Origin: Macrostomum hystrix
Taxonomy: Eukaryota; Animalia; Platyhelminthes
DNA: 64,000 nucleotides
Assembly: GCA_950097015.1 (NCBI GenBank)
Contig: CATNEN010000006.1
Span: 124,001 to 188,000, forward strand
Direction of reading: 5' to 3'
In this document: piece by piece, positions 1 through 11,254 of the stretch
Layout: each line of letters starts with the position of its first letter
Numbering within the stretch: position 1 is the first letter of the stretch
The notes under the pieces: generated by a model
Told to the model about the DNA's origin: nothing
Seen by the model: only the letters and a program-made list of their open reading frames with translations
The model's database searches: none
Position numbers and translations under genes: made by a program

Positions 1-96
1 CTGCCAGGCCGACTCCGGGAAGCCGCCGTTGCAGCCCATGCCGCAGGAGAAGCCGCAGCAGCTCAGCAGGTCCTCGGCGCTGAGGTGCACTTGCAC
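1..96 (-). CDS. CTSB: Cathepsin B exon 2 (runs off window edge)
   Basis: Acceptor ccgcag| at 98-97, then [32 protein letters not shown], in frame with exon 1 across a 214-nt intron (97-310). Confidence 0.93.
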   Translation of the reverse strand, partial: MQVHLSAEDLLSCCGFSCGMGCNGGFPESAWQ

Positions 97-310
97 CTGC
101 GGTGGTGGCAGATTTCGGGGTGATTCTTGAATTCACAACCAATTAAATATCTGAATGAGTGACTTATCCAATCAGACGCTTCCACGTCACTTTTCAGGCT
201 AATTTGGCAAATCCCAGTCTGACGATCAGCCAATCAAAATCTTGCACGTCATTAGAAGCCAATCAAAGGCTTTCATGTTATCAGTCACTTGGTATTAACT
301 TGGTGTTAAC

Positions 311-730
311 CTTGCCACCGCTGTGGATGCAGTGCCGGTCGGACATAGCCTCAACAGCGCCGAAGGCCCAACAGGAGCCGCAGTTGCTCTGGTCGCGCAC
401 CTCCTGAATTGTCGGACAGTTTGGCCACTGGGTGCGGGAGTCGAACTCGGTCGGCAGATCGCCAATGTCCGAGCTCGGATAGCTCAGCACGGGCATTTCC
501 GGCTTGTTTGGATTCGGAATGACGCCGAGAACTTTGCGAATATCGGACACAGTCTGAAACCTGTCAGTCTTGCCTGCTAGCCAGGTGGTGCCGGCATTGT
601 TGACAAAGTCGATGAGCTCCTGGCTGAGCGGCTCGTGCATTGGCTGTACGATGTTCCTCTGGTCAGTGGCGTCCCTAGGATAAGCGCTGGTCGCAATGGC
701 CAGAAGAAGCAAAAGGAACAGTCGCAGCAT
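311..730 (-). CDS. CTSB: Cathepsin B (papain family C1A), exon 1: signal peptide, propeptide and catalytic Cys region
   Basis: Signal peptide [16 protein letters not shown]; [46 protein letters not shown] is the cathepsin B signature. GT donor at 310-309, phase 0 after GGK. Confidence 0.95.
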
Positions 731-1722
731 TGTTTTCTGGTGCGTTGTCTCTGGTTGTTAGTTCGACGAAAAAAAATCTACGCTGATTGCTTGCTGTAGC
801 GAGGCGAAACTTTTATTCTCCAGCTCTGCCTTATCATTTATCAAGCTAGCTATATCTGGAACTCTCACTCTATTCTTGCTGTAGCGTCAGCATTGCTGTT
901 ATTATCTTGTGTCTTTGGCAAGTACCAATCGACCAGGCCGTGCTGCAGCGTGAGCACGAGTCGCACCAAGCTAACTGATTAGAGTCTGATAGCTCAGAAC
1001 TGACACTGACACTGACAGAATTTGACCCTTTCATGAAATTTTCTTCGAGTACCTGATAAGTTGGCTTTCAAGACCTGTGGATGTACAGCTGTTTTGTCTA
1101 TGGAATGGTGGCCGCCATAGGCCGTTGTTGTATACGCCAACGGCCAGCGATGTTGTATATTGAAAATCAATTCGCAAAACAGTGTTTCTAGTTTCTTAGC
1201 AAGCTAATTTCGTAGATAAACTATGAAACAGAATTTTCTTTCCGAGGTATTGAAACTCTGTTAATACACATTTCAGTAGTATGAACAGTATCACAATTAG
1301 CAAAAAAGAAGGTTTCATATCTTCGTGAACTAAGGCAGCTTGAAATAGTGTTTATCAAGTGAGACTGCAAGCTAAGCGGGCACCACAGCATTCATCTGGA
1401 TTCCAAGCTCTTTAGTGTCGCACAACTAGGTCATTCTTGTTCAGCTCTTTCTTTTCGTTCGAGACCCAAATTTGCGCCAACACATACAGGCACACACTGT
1501 GTTATGTACAAAGTTGATTCTATAATGATTCTGTGCAGTAACGACTAGACAGTTTTGGCGCTTATAATTAATTCCTTGCACAATGAGTCAGTAATTAGGC
1601 CATACGGCAATCTGATGTATCAGGTCGGGGCTCCATCCTCGATAAAGATCTTTGTTAAAAAATTGATTCCAGCCAGTTCAATATTTTAATTAGCAACTAT
1701 TATTACCTGCTGCATTTTGAAA

Positions 1723-3650
1723 CTGTTAGACTAGTGCCAGAACTGTCATACTAGTCCCAGAACTGTCATACTAGTCCCAGAACTGTCATACTAGTCCCAG
1801 AACTGTCATACTAGTCCCAGAACTGTCATACTAGTCCCAGAACTGTCATACTAGTCCCAGAACTGTCATACTAGTCCCAGAACTGTCATACTAGTCCCAG
1901 AACTGTCATACTAGTCCCAGAACTGTCATACTAGTCCCAGAACTGTCATACTAGTCCCAGAACTGTCATACTAGTCCCAGAACTGTCATACTAGTCCCAG
2001 AACTGTCATACTAGTCCCAGAACTGTCATACTAGTCCCAGAACTGTCATACTAGTCCCAGAACTGTCATACTAGTCCCAGAACTGTCATACTAGTCCCAG
2101 AACTGTCATACTAGTCCCAGAACTGTCATACTAGTCCCAGAACTGTCATACTAGTCCCAGAACTGTCATACTAGTCCCAGAACTGTCATACTAGTCCCAG
2201 AACTGTCATACTAGTCCCAGAACTGTCATACTAGTCCCAGAACTGTCATACTAGTCCCAGAACTGTCATACTAGTCCCAGAACTGTCATACTAGTCCCAG
2301 AACTGTCATACTAGTCCCAGAACTGTCATACTAGTCCCAGAACAGTTAGACTAGTCCCAGAACTGTTAGACTCGACCCAGGACTGTTAGACTAGTCTCAG
2401 AACTGTTAGACTCGACCCAGGACTGTTAGACTAGTCCCAGGACTGTTAGACTAGTCCCAGAACTGTTAGACTAGTCCCAGAACTGTTAGACTAGTCCCAG
2501 AACTGTTAGACTAGTCCCAGAACTGTTAGACTAGTCCCAGAACTGTTAGACTAGTCCCAGAACTGTTAGACTAGTCTCAGAACTGTTTGACAAGTCCCAG
2601 AACTGTTAGACTAGTCCCAGAACTGTTAGACTAGTCTCAGAACTGTTTGACAAGTCCCAGAACTGTTAGACTCGAACCAGAACTGTTAGACTAGTCCCAG
2701 AACTGTCATACTAGTCCCAGAACTGTTTGACAAGTCCCAGAACTGTTAGACTCGAACCAGAACTGTTAGACTAGTCTCAGAACTGTTTGACAAGTCCCAG
2801 AACTGTTAGACTCGAACCAGAACTGTTAGACTAGTCCCAGAACTGTCATACTAGTCCCAGAACTGTCATACTAGTCCCAGAACTGTCATACTAGTCCCAT
2901 AACTGTCATACTAGTCCCAGAACTGTCATACTAGTCCCAGAACTGTCATACTAGTCCCATAACTGTCATACTAGTCCCAGAACTGTCATACTAGTCCCAG
3001 AACTGTTAGACTAGTCTCAGAACTGTTAGACTAGTCCCAGAACTGTTAGACTAGTCCCAGAACTGTTTGAAAAGTCCTATAACTGTTAGACTCGACCCAG
3101 AACTGTTAGACTCGACCCAGAACTGTTAGACTCGACCCAGAACTGTTAGACTCGACCCAGAACTGTTAGACTCGACCCAGAACTGTTAGACTCGACCCAG
3201 AACTGTTAGACTCGATCCAGAACTGTTAGACTAGTCCCAGAACTGTTAGACTCGACCCAGAACTGTTAGACTAGTCCCAGAACTGTTAGACTCGACCCAG
3301 AACTGTTAGACTCGATCCAGAACTGTTAGACTCGACCCAGAACTGTTAGACTAGTCTCAGAACTGTTAGACTAGTCCCAGAACTGTTAGACTAGTCTCAG
3401 AACTGTTAGACTAGTCTCAGAACTGTTAGACTAGTCCCAGAACTGTTAGACTCGACCCAGAACTGTTAGACTCGATCCAGAACTGTTAGACTCGACCCAG
3501 AACTGTTAGACTAGTCTCAGAACTGTTAGACTAGTCCCAGAACTGTTAGACTAGTCTCAGAACTGTTAGACTAGTCTCAGAACTGTTAGACTAGTCTCAG
3601 AACTGTTAGACTAGTCCCAGAACAGTTTGAAAAGTCCCATAACTGTTAGA
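1723..3650. repeat. 20-bp minisatellite (CTAGTCCCAGAACTGTCATA / ...GTTAGA), about 95 copies
   Basis: 20-bp periodicity is visible directly; a homogeneous block at 1741-2340 is followed by mixed variants. Confidence 0.97.
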
Positions 3651-5064
3651 CATGTTTTTTGACATGCAAATGATATGAAGATGTTCTTAGAAAGCTGCAA
3701 AATCTCGGGCACGTTGGACAATTAGCTAGAATACAACCACGAGAATGAATATCGTCTATGGCCAGTAACGAGCCAACTATAGTTTTAAGAAAAGGCAATA
3801 ATTTCTAGTATACGAGTATGCAAGTGGAGTGTATCGGTTTGGCTCGCGAAATTTCATGCGAAAGCCAAACGAAAGTCTCTCTCGCAACTGGGTCGCTGAG
3901 AGTGCTTGCGGCAGCGCAACTATAGAAGGAAAAATGAATTCTTTCTAACTTTCTTTCTCCAGTCTCGATCGGTGCGCAATACCAGTCCAGGAATGCTTCA
4001 ACTTGTTGCATAGCTTCGAACTGAGCAATTTCTAAAAGAAGGCGCAGTTTTAGCTATCGTTTCTGCTCCGGTTCCTATATGTTTTAGGCGCAGAATGTGC
4101 ACTGCTGAGCTTTGGCTTAGTTTGCTAGGAGTTTTTCGACTGCAGACAGCGAGGGGGTGGCGGTGGAGGCGGGCACTGCATGCAGAATGTAGCAAGTGAA
4201 CCTGCATTGCTTTGGTTGCGCGGGTGCATCAGAGAGAGAACTAGCCAGCTGCGCAATGGTTTCGGCCCAATGGAAGGTCGCTTCTTCTTCAAGGTCTAAA
4301 TCAATTATTTCTCATAAAAGTGGATCGGATCGTGAGAGAGGCGGGCCAGGGAATGGATACACCAGAGTTCCTTTTTTAAAGAGCCCCCCTCTATACCGAA
4401 AAGCAGCGACGCAAATCCATTTTGTCCTCCTTCCCCACCAGCGCTATTGAAAAGGAGAGCAGCATTTCGCAATTTTAATTTCGCTCGACGCAGCACCCCC
4501 CACTCCACGCCGCCAAGGGTTTCCGAGGCCAATTCAGGTAAAAAAATGTATTGCAGCCCGGCTTCGGGGTTGGTTGGGTCCCGGGGCGCGAGTTGCTAGG
4601 GGCGGAGGTGGGACGCTGGCGGGCAATTTAAAAAGGCTCGTGGCGCCCGGGCTCCAATCCTCAGCTCGGTTCCAGCAAACTTCCTTCGCATCTTCGCTAG
4701 CCCTGAGAAGCTCAACTCTGACTATCAGCGGAAGTCGTTGTGACTGCAGTGAAGAATTGAAACCTGCTTGTCTTGCCGGTGTACTGTAGGATTTGGGCTT
4801 GCAAAGCAATTGTTGTAAGCCATTCTACAGTGTACTAGCAGTCTGCAGTGAGCAGCATGTCACCTACTCAAGGGGGACCTACCCGCTATCAGTTTTCTAA
4901 TTTTTCTCATTTCACTAACCAGTTTCAATGTGCATATACTAAACATTGTGAGCTGAAAATCTTCCCCTGACCAACCACAAATGGTCGGCCTTTTGCCATG
5001 CTGCGCAAGCTTTGCAATGTTCACAGATTCACAGAATCTCAGAATCATCATATTCACAAATCAC

Positions 5065-5737
5065 TGCCTGTAATTCAAAGCCTAATACCTGTAATTCAAA
5101 GCCTAATACCTGTAATTCAAAACCTAATACCTGTAATTCAAAACCTAATACCTGTAATTCAAAGCCTAATACCTGTAATTCAAAGCCTAATATCTGTAAT
5201 TCAAAGCCTAATACCTGTAATTCAAAACCTAATACCTGTAATTCAAAGCCTAATACCTGTAATTCAAAGCCCAATACCTGTAATTCAAAGCCTAATACCT
5301 GTAATTCAAAACCTAATACCTGTAATTCAAAGCCTAATACCTGTAATTCAAAGCCTAATACCTGTAATTCAAAGCCTAATACCTGTAATTCAAAACCTAA
5401 TACCTGTAATTCAAAACCTAATACCTGTAATTCAAAGCCTAATACCTGTAATTCAAAGCCAAATACCTGTAATTCAAAGCCTAATACCTGTAATTCAAAA
5501 CCTAATACCTGTAATTCAAAGCCTAATACCTGTAATTCAAAGCCTAATACCTGTAATTCAAAACCTAATACCTGTAATTCAAAACCTAATACCTGTAATT
5601 CAAAGCCTAATACCTGTAATTCAAAGCCTAATATCTGTAATTCAAAGCCTAATACCTGTAATTCAAAACCTAATACCTGTAATTCAAAGCCTAATACCTG
5701 TAATTCAAAGCCCAATACCTGTAATTCAAAGCCTAAT
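5065..5737. repeat. 21-bp minisatellite (CCTAATACCTGTAATTCAAAG), left part, interrupted by the Polinton
   Basis: About 32 units; the array resumes at 21423. Confidence 0.97.
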
Positions 5738-6429
5738 AGTAGTATGCAAGAGGGGGCTTCTAGGACAAAAATAATCGCAGCCTCCATTATCCACAAACCA
5801 TTACTTTTATTATTCCCGAAGAGATCAGGAAAAAAAGGGTCCCCGCCCCTCTAAAAACTCCGTCTCCATATTCTAAATTCTCTACTTTTAATATCCCACA
5901 TCAGTTTGTAAGTTGAATATCTAGGACAAAAAATTATCGCAGCCTCCTTATTGCACAAACCATTACCTTTCCTGAAGGAACAAGGTTCCCCCGCCAAAAA
6001 AAAAATACTTTCCAGTTTCTGAACTTGGACAAAACAAATTATCGCAGCCACTCCCTAAGAGATCATGCACAAAATAGCGAAGCTGCAAAAAGCGTGCCAA
6101 GACAATCAAATTAGCACTAAAATCCCATTCCCCAAACTCAAGACCCCAAACCTAGGGTGCTCATCCTCCGAAAAAAAAATTATATTCTCATTAAAAATGC
6201 TCCCAATCGTCTCTCCAGGATCTTATTACAAAAGTCATGAGCCTAATTACAAGAGTAAGTACCAATGCAAACGAGAATGCAGCGAGTACATGAAGAAATA
6301 TTGTCCCAACGTCGATATCAATGTCCCTAATATTAATCTAGCTCTCCAAAGTCACTGGTTTCATAAGTATGGAGCAATTATAAAGGACTACGACAGCTAC
6401 TATAACTTTGCAGAAATCATTAAGCAGCT
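5738..6429 (+). repeat. Left terminal inverted repeat of the Polinton (692 bp)
   Basis: Reverse complement of 20731-21422. The only differences I found are two homopolymer lengths (A10 vs A11; A9 vs A8). Confidence 0.95.
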
Positions 6430-6445
6430 TACATTCTCTCAATGA
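6197..6445 (+). CDS. Small TIR-encoded ORF, left copy (82 aa, MLPIVSPGSYYKSHEPNY...), unknown function
   Basis: ATG in the TTAAAAATG context shared by the element's genes; identical to the right copy except that it reads through into TFSQ*. Confidence 0.45.
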   Translation: MLPIVSPGSYYKSHEPNYKSKYQCKRECSEYMKKYCPNVDINVPNINLALQSHWFHKYGAIIKDYDSYYNFAEIIKQLTFSQ

Positions 6446-7274
6446 TCAACGTCAATACAAACTCTTCACCGTTGAAATCAACGCCAACACCATCTTCCGT
6501 CTCAAACTGCAGCACAATCTCGTGAATCTCCTTATTACTTAGCACAACTCTTTTCACTGGATTTGGTTTCTCTACCAGCATCTGTCCTCCAGCAACAGAG
6601 TTTGAGATGTTGTACAAAATATTCGTTCGCTTTCCCTTAAACACCCAATCACGACTGAGATTACTTCTGATTAGTATATTCAAACCCTTTACAATGTCTG
6701 CGATATTGGGTGCTAAGAACAAGCCGCTTAGCAGGGTCCTTGAAACTGCCTCCGGTGATGCAGTCTGTGCTTCCGCCTTATAAACTTTCTTCTCGAATCC
6801 CAATTCCCTATACCATGTGTCATCTTTAAATTCAACCTCAGCATCTTTGTGAACTTGCATGACCACTCTCATTACAGTGAGATCATAGGATAGTTTGACA
6901 GGGAACAGTTTCTTCTCTGGCTTGCTCTCATTGGGTGTTTCAAAATGGCCTCTTTTAGTAAAAACACTTTCTAGAAAGTAATTGTAGGTATCCACACTTT
7001 GCGTGCTCACAGGGAATACCACAGCTTCTGCTGCTGCACCTCTCCATTTGTAATGAAACTTATTATTTGCTGCTGTCACATTGGGAACGTTTGACCAACC
7101 AGTGAAGTCGTTAAGATATACATGGTAATTAGCACCTGGATCCAGATGAATCGCCTGCTCTAATTTTTCAACAAATATCCCGTTTGAGTCATTAATTCGC
7201 CCAGCTATTGTAATAGGAATGCTCTCCTTAGAGTGAGAAATAATATTATTTAGTCTTTCAGCAATCGCTTCCAT
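6429..7274 (-). CDS. Polinton minor capsid protein (penton-like, single jelly roll)
   Basis: 281 aa; YHVYLNDFTGWSNVPNVTAANNKF and C-terminal IHEIVLQFETEDGVGVDFNGEEFVLTLII match Polinton penton patterns as I recall them; adjacent to the MCP gene. Confidence 0.8.
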   Translation of the reverse strand: MEAIAERLNNIISHSKESIPITIAGRINDSNGIFVEKLEQAIHLDPGANYHVYLNDFTGWSNVPNVTAANNKFHYKWRGAAAEAVVFPVSTQSVDTYNYFLESVFTKRGHFETPNESKPEKKLFPVKLSYDLTVMRVVMQVHKDAEVEFKDDTWYRELGFEKKVYKAEAQTASPEAVSRTLLSGLFLAPNIADIVKGLNILIRSNLSRDWVFKGKRTNILYNISNSVAGGQMLVEKPNPVKRVVLSNKEIHEIVLQFETEDGVGVDFNGEEFVLTLIIERM

Positions 7275-7297
7275 TTTTCAGCCCCGAAAAAAAATAT

Positions 7298-8584
7298 TTA
7301 AACTTTACTGGATGAATTGTTGATCATGTTAAGCTTCACCTTCCTCTCGAACGCATAGATAATGTACAGGTCAACAGCAGTTGCGGCAGTCCTCTCAATG
7401 TTAGTCACGATATTCACAGGGCTGTTATCAGTAGGCATTTGTCTGGCAGACACATCAGCGCCAAACATCGGATAAAGAGTTCCATATTGAAGAGCAGTGA
7501 TAGCAATTCCATTGTTCTCTTTCACAGCCAAGTCGACCAACTCGCTGTAAAATTTGCTAATCTTGTTCTGACTGAAATTTCCATTTTGTGGCAGTGCGGG
7601 GTAAAGATTATCACTGATTTCATGCTGAATGGACCGCACGTCTCCATGCATGTAGCGTATAATGTTATTTGGGTTTCTCATGTTAATAATAATATACCTA
7701 GGATTGCTGCATGATCCCTCTTTAATGCAGATGTTTGTTCTGGTTTCGTTTCGCTCATCTCGACACATGTAGGCCGTGTAGGCGACATCAATGTCCTTCT
7801 CTATTGCCTTGAGATAATCTGCTTTTAGTGCGGTCTTTGGCTCAATGACTTCCAAATACAGCTCGATTCCGGTTAGCTTCACTTCCATCCTAGTGTGGTC
7901 CGCCCCAGTCCACAACACTCTACTGCGATCATCTCTAGTCATCTTAAAGGTGTAGCTGAAATTACTAGTCAGTCGATTAAATGTATTACAGAATCCACTC
8001 ATGAATCTCAGTGGTATGAATACATCAACAGACCGATACAGCGGGTTCTTGGCAGCATCATCAGCACCTTGCAATGCATAGTTGTATCTCTTCTTCCTCT
8101 TTTTATAGCCACTGTCATTGATATCTCCTTCTTTTTCATCTGCAATAAAACCTGCACCACTCCCCAACTGAATAAAATCTGGATTCTCGATCAAACAATG
8201 AGCGTCATAGACAATTCCAAAGTTGGCGATTCGCTCCAACTCTGTGCTCCCATTCGATACACTAAACTCCTTGAACATGTACGCCCAAAAGTTACTAATC
8301 AGAGCCACATCTGCATCATGCTTGTCAACGTTAGCATGAGCTGCATCCGCACCTCCCTTTGTCTTGAATTGAAATGTCATATGGAAGCCGCTCTTAAGAC
8401 TGTGCACACTAACCAGAGACGAACATCCATTGTAGGTGAATGTCAGTGTTTGACCAGGACCAAGATTAGTTTCATTCTGATTTTCCTGACTGGGAACTCT
8501 TACTTGAGTCGCTTTGATTGTGCTATCATCACTCAAAATAGGCTTGTTAATTTTGTAGAAAACTGGTGTCAGTGGGTCGTTCAT
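7298..8584 (-). CDS. Polinton major capsid protein (double jelly roll, hexon-like)
   Basis: 428 aa, beta-rich; N-terminal P..SDDST, NGSTELERIANFG, C-terminal DNLYPA...NF and YPMFGADVSARQ motifs fit Polinton MCPs; size and position also fit. Confidence 0.8.
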   Translation of the reverse strand: MNDPLTPVFYKINKPILSDDSTIKATQVRVPSQENQNETNLGPGQTLTFTYNGCSSLVSVHSLKSGFHMTFQFKTKGGADAAHANVDKHDADVALISNFWAYMFKEFSVSNGSTELERIANFGIVYDAHCLIENPDFIQLGSGAGFIADEKEGDINDSGYKKRKKRYNYALQGADDAAKNPLYRSVDVFIPLRFMSGFCNTFNRLTSNFSYTFKMTRDDRSRVLWTGADHTRMEVKLTGIELYLEVIEPKTALKADYLKAIEKDIDVAYTAYMCRDERNETRTNICIKEGSCSNPRYIIINMRNPNNIIRYMHGDVRSIQHEISDNLYPALPQNGNFSQNKISKFYSELVDLAVKENNGIAITALQYGTLYPMFGADVSARQMPTDNSPVNIVTNIERTAATAVDLYIIYAFERKVKLNMINNSSSKV

Positions 8585-8614
8585 TTTTTTAAACTAAAAA
8601 AAATAAAATAAAAA

Positions 8615-9801
8615 ATGAAGCGAAAAAATGCGCACCAAATATCTGAATTGGAGAAGCTAGCACAAGCAGAAAGAGAGTTACCGGGCTAATCAATAAGGAG
8701 CAACAATCCTACAATGAGTTTGTCCAAGCAGCCACAGAGTTTCATAAACCCGGGTATGGAGAAGCTAAGAAAAATATTGATCAAGTCAAAGAAACTATTG
8801 ACGACATACAGGAAACCCAGGTGCAAAAGGCTTTGGACAAAATTCCAGAAGCACCGCAGATACAGCAATCTGCAGATCCACAAGTCCAAGTCCCACAACA
8901 GTCACAACTAAAAGTGACAGATAACTTTTTTGGACCAGTAGAACGCGCAGAACATGATGGGAAATATGTATTTGGAATAAGCATGTGGAGAAAAAACATT
9001 TATAATGAACCAGTGGAATATTATATCGACATAAACAAGAACCATATTTCTGTTGTCAAAGGCTCAGAAACTAAGAGAATAATTTACACAGAAACCTTAC
9101 TGAATTTTATGACTAAGAACCAAGAGAAAATTTCGGACAAGCAGCTAAAGAACTATAGAGATCTTGTGAGTTTTGCTCTTGCAAGAGATATAGAAATACT
9201 AAAGGCCCCACAAATTCTGAAAATGATGCATGACAACGGTGTCATCCTGACTAGATTCAAAAAGTACAAGCATTTTAAACAATGGTTTGGTTTGCCAGAT
9301 CAAGAAGATGCCATAAAACATCTAGAACAGCAACCGCCCCAGCAGCAACCGCCCCAGCAGCAACCGCCCCAGCAGCAACCGCCACAGCAGCAACAAACAT
9401 CTGAATCAACACCCGAAGACGTACTCAGTGCCCTTGAAAATGCAGATCCGACTCAAGTAGCTAAATATAAAAATGATCACCCGGATGCCTGGCAACAACT
9501 AGAAAATTTCTCCCCAGCTCGAATGAATAAAATCAAGGCAAGAGTGTTCACACCACAACAAAGACCAGTTGAGAGTTCACCCCAGTCCTCCACCGACCAG
9601 TCCTCCACTGACCAATCATTTCAAGGAAAAGGAATTTCTGACATCTATAAGCGAGTGGCCGTTCTTCTTGGAGCTGCAAAGACTGGCATGAAAGACGAAA
9701 ATAGAAAAGAATTTGTCAACATCCTGGACAAAATGATGGAAAAGAAGTATATCGACAAACGGGCAAGAGAGCTTCTGCTTTCACGTTTTAACAAAAAATA
9801 A
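8615..9801 (+). CDS. Conserved Polinton ORF (PZ-like), probably about 395 aa, with one 1-nt frameshift at about 8685
   Basis: C-terminal GKGISDIYKRVAVLLGAAKTG...EFVNILDKMMEKKYI resembles the conserved Polinton PZ tail. The track's frame is open from 8647. An ATG at 8615 in AAAAATG context joins it if one G is added in CCGGGCTA. Confidence 0.6.
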
Positions 9802-9819
9802 TTTCTTCCCTAATAAAAA

Positions 9820-10221
9820 ATGCCGATTATTTTCGAAAAAGACGTGGACAAATACTATGACAAGGAGGAACTTAATCTAATTAAGCGTGGATCTGGACTT
9901 TTCCCAGCAGGTCACTATCCTAGGAAAGAACGCTCAGGGAATGGTCTTGCTGACATGATTGCACAGGGTGCTCAGATCTTTAAAGTCATTAGTGAGAACA
10001 AAGATAATATTAAGAACGTGGCTGAATCTGTGGGAAGTGTTGTCACTGCGGCTAAAAAGATAAAGGATACTGTAACACAAGATATTCAGCCCCCATTGGC
10101 TCCGCTGGCTCCGCTGGCTCCGCTGGCTCCTCTGGCCCCAAACCCAGACACTGTGGACCCTGCAATCTATGAGAAGATGAGAGCTAGCATTAAAAAAGGA
10201 AGTGGTTTCAAATTCGAATAG
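9820..10221 (+). CDS. Small Polinton protein with G-x-G motifs and an amphipathic helix (candidate virion core or membrane-lytic precursor)
   Basis: 133 aa; RGSG|LF, SGNG|LA, KGSG|FK motifs; amphipathic GLADMIAQGAQIFKVISENKDNIKNVAESVGSVV; (APL)5 repeat. Confidence 0.6.
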   Translation: MPIIFEKDVDKYYDKEELNLIKRGSGLFPAGHYPRKERSGNGLADMIAQGAQIFKVISENKDNIKNVAESVGSVVTAAKKIKDTVTQDIQPPLAPLAPLAPLAPLAPNPDTVDPAIYEKMRASIKKGSGFKFE

Positions 10222-10264
10222 GGTACTAGGGTACTTTCCGAGGGTACAAGACATGTAAGGGTAC

Positions 10265-10390
10265 AAGACTAGTCCCAAAAAGACACATCTAAGTCCCAAA
10301 TAGACACATCTAAGTCCCAAATAGACACATCTAAGTCCCAAAAAGACACATCTAAGTCCCAAATAGACACATCTAAGTCCTAGACACATC
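10265..10390. repeat. 21-bp tandem repeat (GACACATCTAAGTCCCAAATA), about 6 copies, in a Polinton intergenic spacer
   Basis: Periodicity is visible directly. Confidence 0.85.
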
Positions 10391-10436
10391 TTATAAATGA
10401 TTTACTCTTTTTTAATTTTTTTTTCATCATAGAAAA

Positions 10437-11237
10437 ATGGACTTTTCAAACGACTTCAATCCTCACTGGACACGTAATCAGATTAAGTTTTCTCATCATG
10501 AGTCAATCCCGAGTCACTTCAGATGCATTGTTGTTGGTTCGTCAGGTTCAGGTAAAACATTCAGAGTCTTTAACATGCTTCTTAGACCTGGCTTTATCGA
10601 CTATGACACTCTGCACATCTACTCTCCCACCCTGTATCAAGATGAGTATAAAATGTTGATCTCTGGACTGCAAAACAGACTGCACAAAGAGCACATTATT
10701 CAATGTTTTAATAACCAAAAGAGCCTTCCCAGTAACCCAGAAATTGTAGCTGCCGAATATGCAAAGTACATCAAAGACAATGAAAAATGGCAGAACATTA
10801 AAGTGTTCACATACGGAGATCCGCAGGTTGATCCTAAGACCAAACTTCTACCCCAACCAGATGAGCTAGAAAAGGGGAGAAAACATTTGATTGTCTTTGA
10901 TGATTGCATGACAGGCCCACAGAAGCAGATAGAAAACTATTTTACAAGAGGACGGCACAACAATTGTAACGTAATTTACATTGCCCAGAACTGGTTCGAG
11001 CTCCCGAACAAAACAATTCGTGGGAACTGCAATCTGATCCTCCTGTTTCCAACAATTCCACAGGACAGGCTAAAAAGATTTTACAATGAGGTCATTGCGC
11101 CTGCCAATTTTGTAAATCCAACAAAAAACTCCAACAGAAAGATTTCACAGGAGGAATTCGTTAATCTTTGCTATGACAAGTGGAATCAACCTTACCAGTT
11201 TGTGATGATCAACAAAGAAAAAAGAACTGTAATTTAA
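10437..11237 (+). CDS. A32/FtsK-like genome-packaging ATPase
   Basis: Walker A VVGSSGSGKT, Walker B LIVFDD, and FTRGRHNNCNVIYIAQ...IRGN motifs. Confidence 0.95.
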   Translation: MDFSNDFNPHWTRNQIKFSHHESIPSHFRCIVVGSSGSGKTFRVFNMLLRPGFIDYDTLHIYSPTLYQDEYKMLISGLQNRLHKEHIIQCFNNQKSLPSNPEIVAAEYAKYIKDNEKWQNIKVFTYGDPQVDPKTKLLPQPDELEKGRKHLIVFDDCMTGPQKQIENYFTRGRHNNCNVIYIAQNWFELPNKTIRGNCNLILLFPTIPQDRLKRFYNEVIAPANFVNPTKNSNRKISQEEFVNLCYDKWNQPYQFVMINKEKRTVI

Positions 11238-11254
11238 ATTTTGTTATTAAAAAA

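Noticed and set aside
3805-4860. Short ORFs and GC-rich patch between the two minisatellites
   Set aside because: No recognisable protein motif, splice-consistent exon, terminal repeats or TSD found.
4998-5854. Long repetitive ORFs (NSKPNTC, LIPVIQS, LGFELQV repeats), also at 21364-21828
   Set aside because: They are translations of the 21-bp minisatellite, open only because the unit length is a multiple of 3.
8681-8689. Programmed -1 ribosomal frameshift in the PZ-like gene
   Set aside because: No X XXY YYZ slippery site or obvious downstream structure; a 1-nt deletion or assembly error is simpler.
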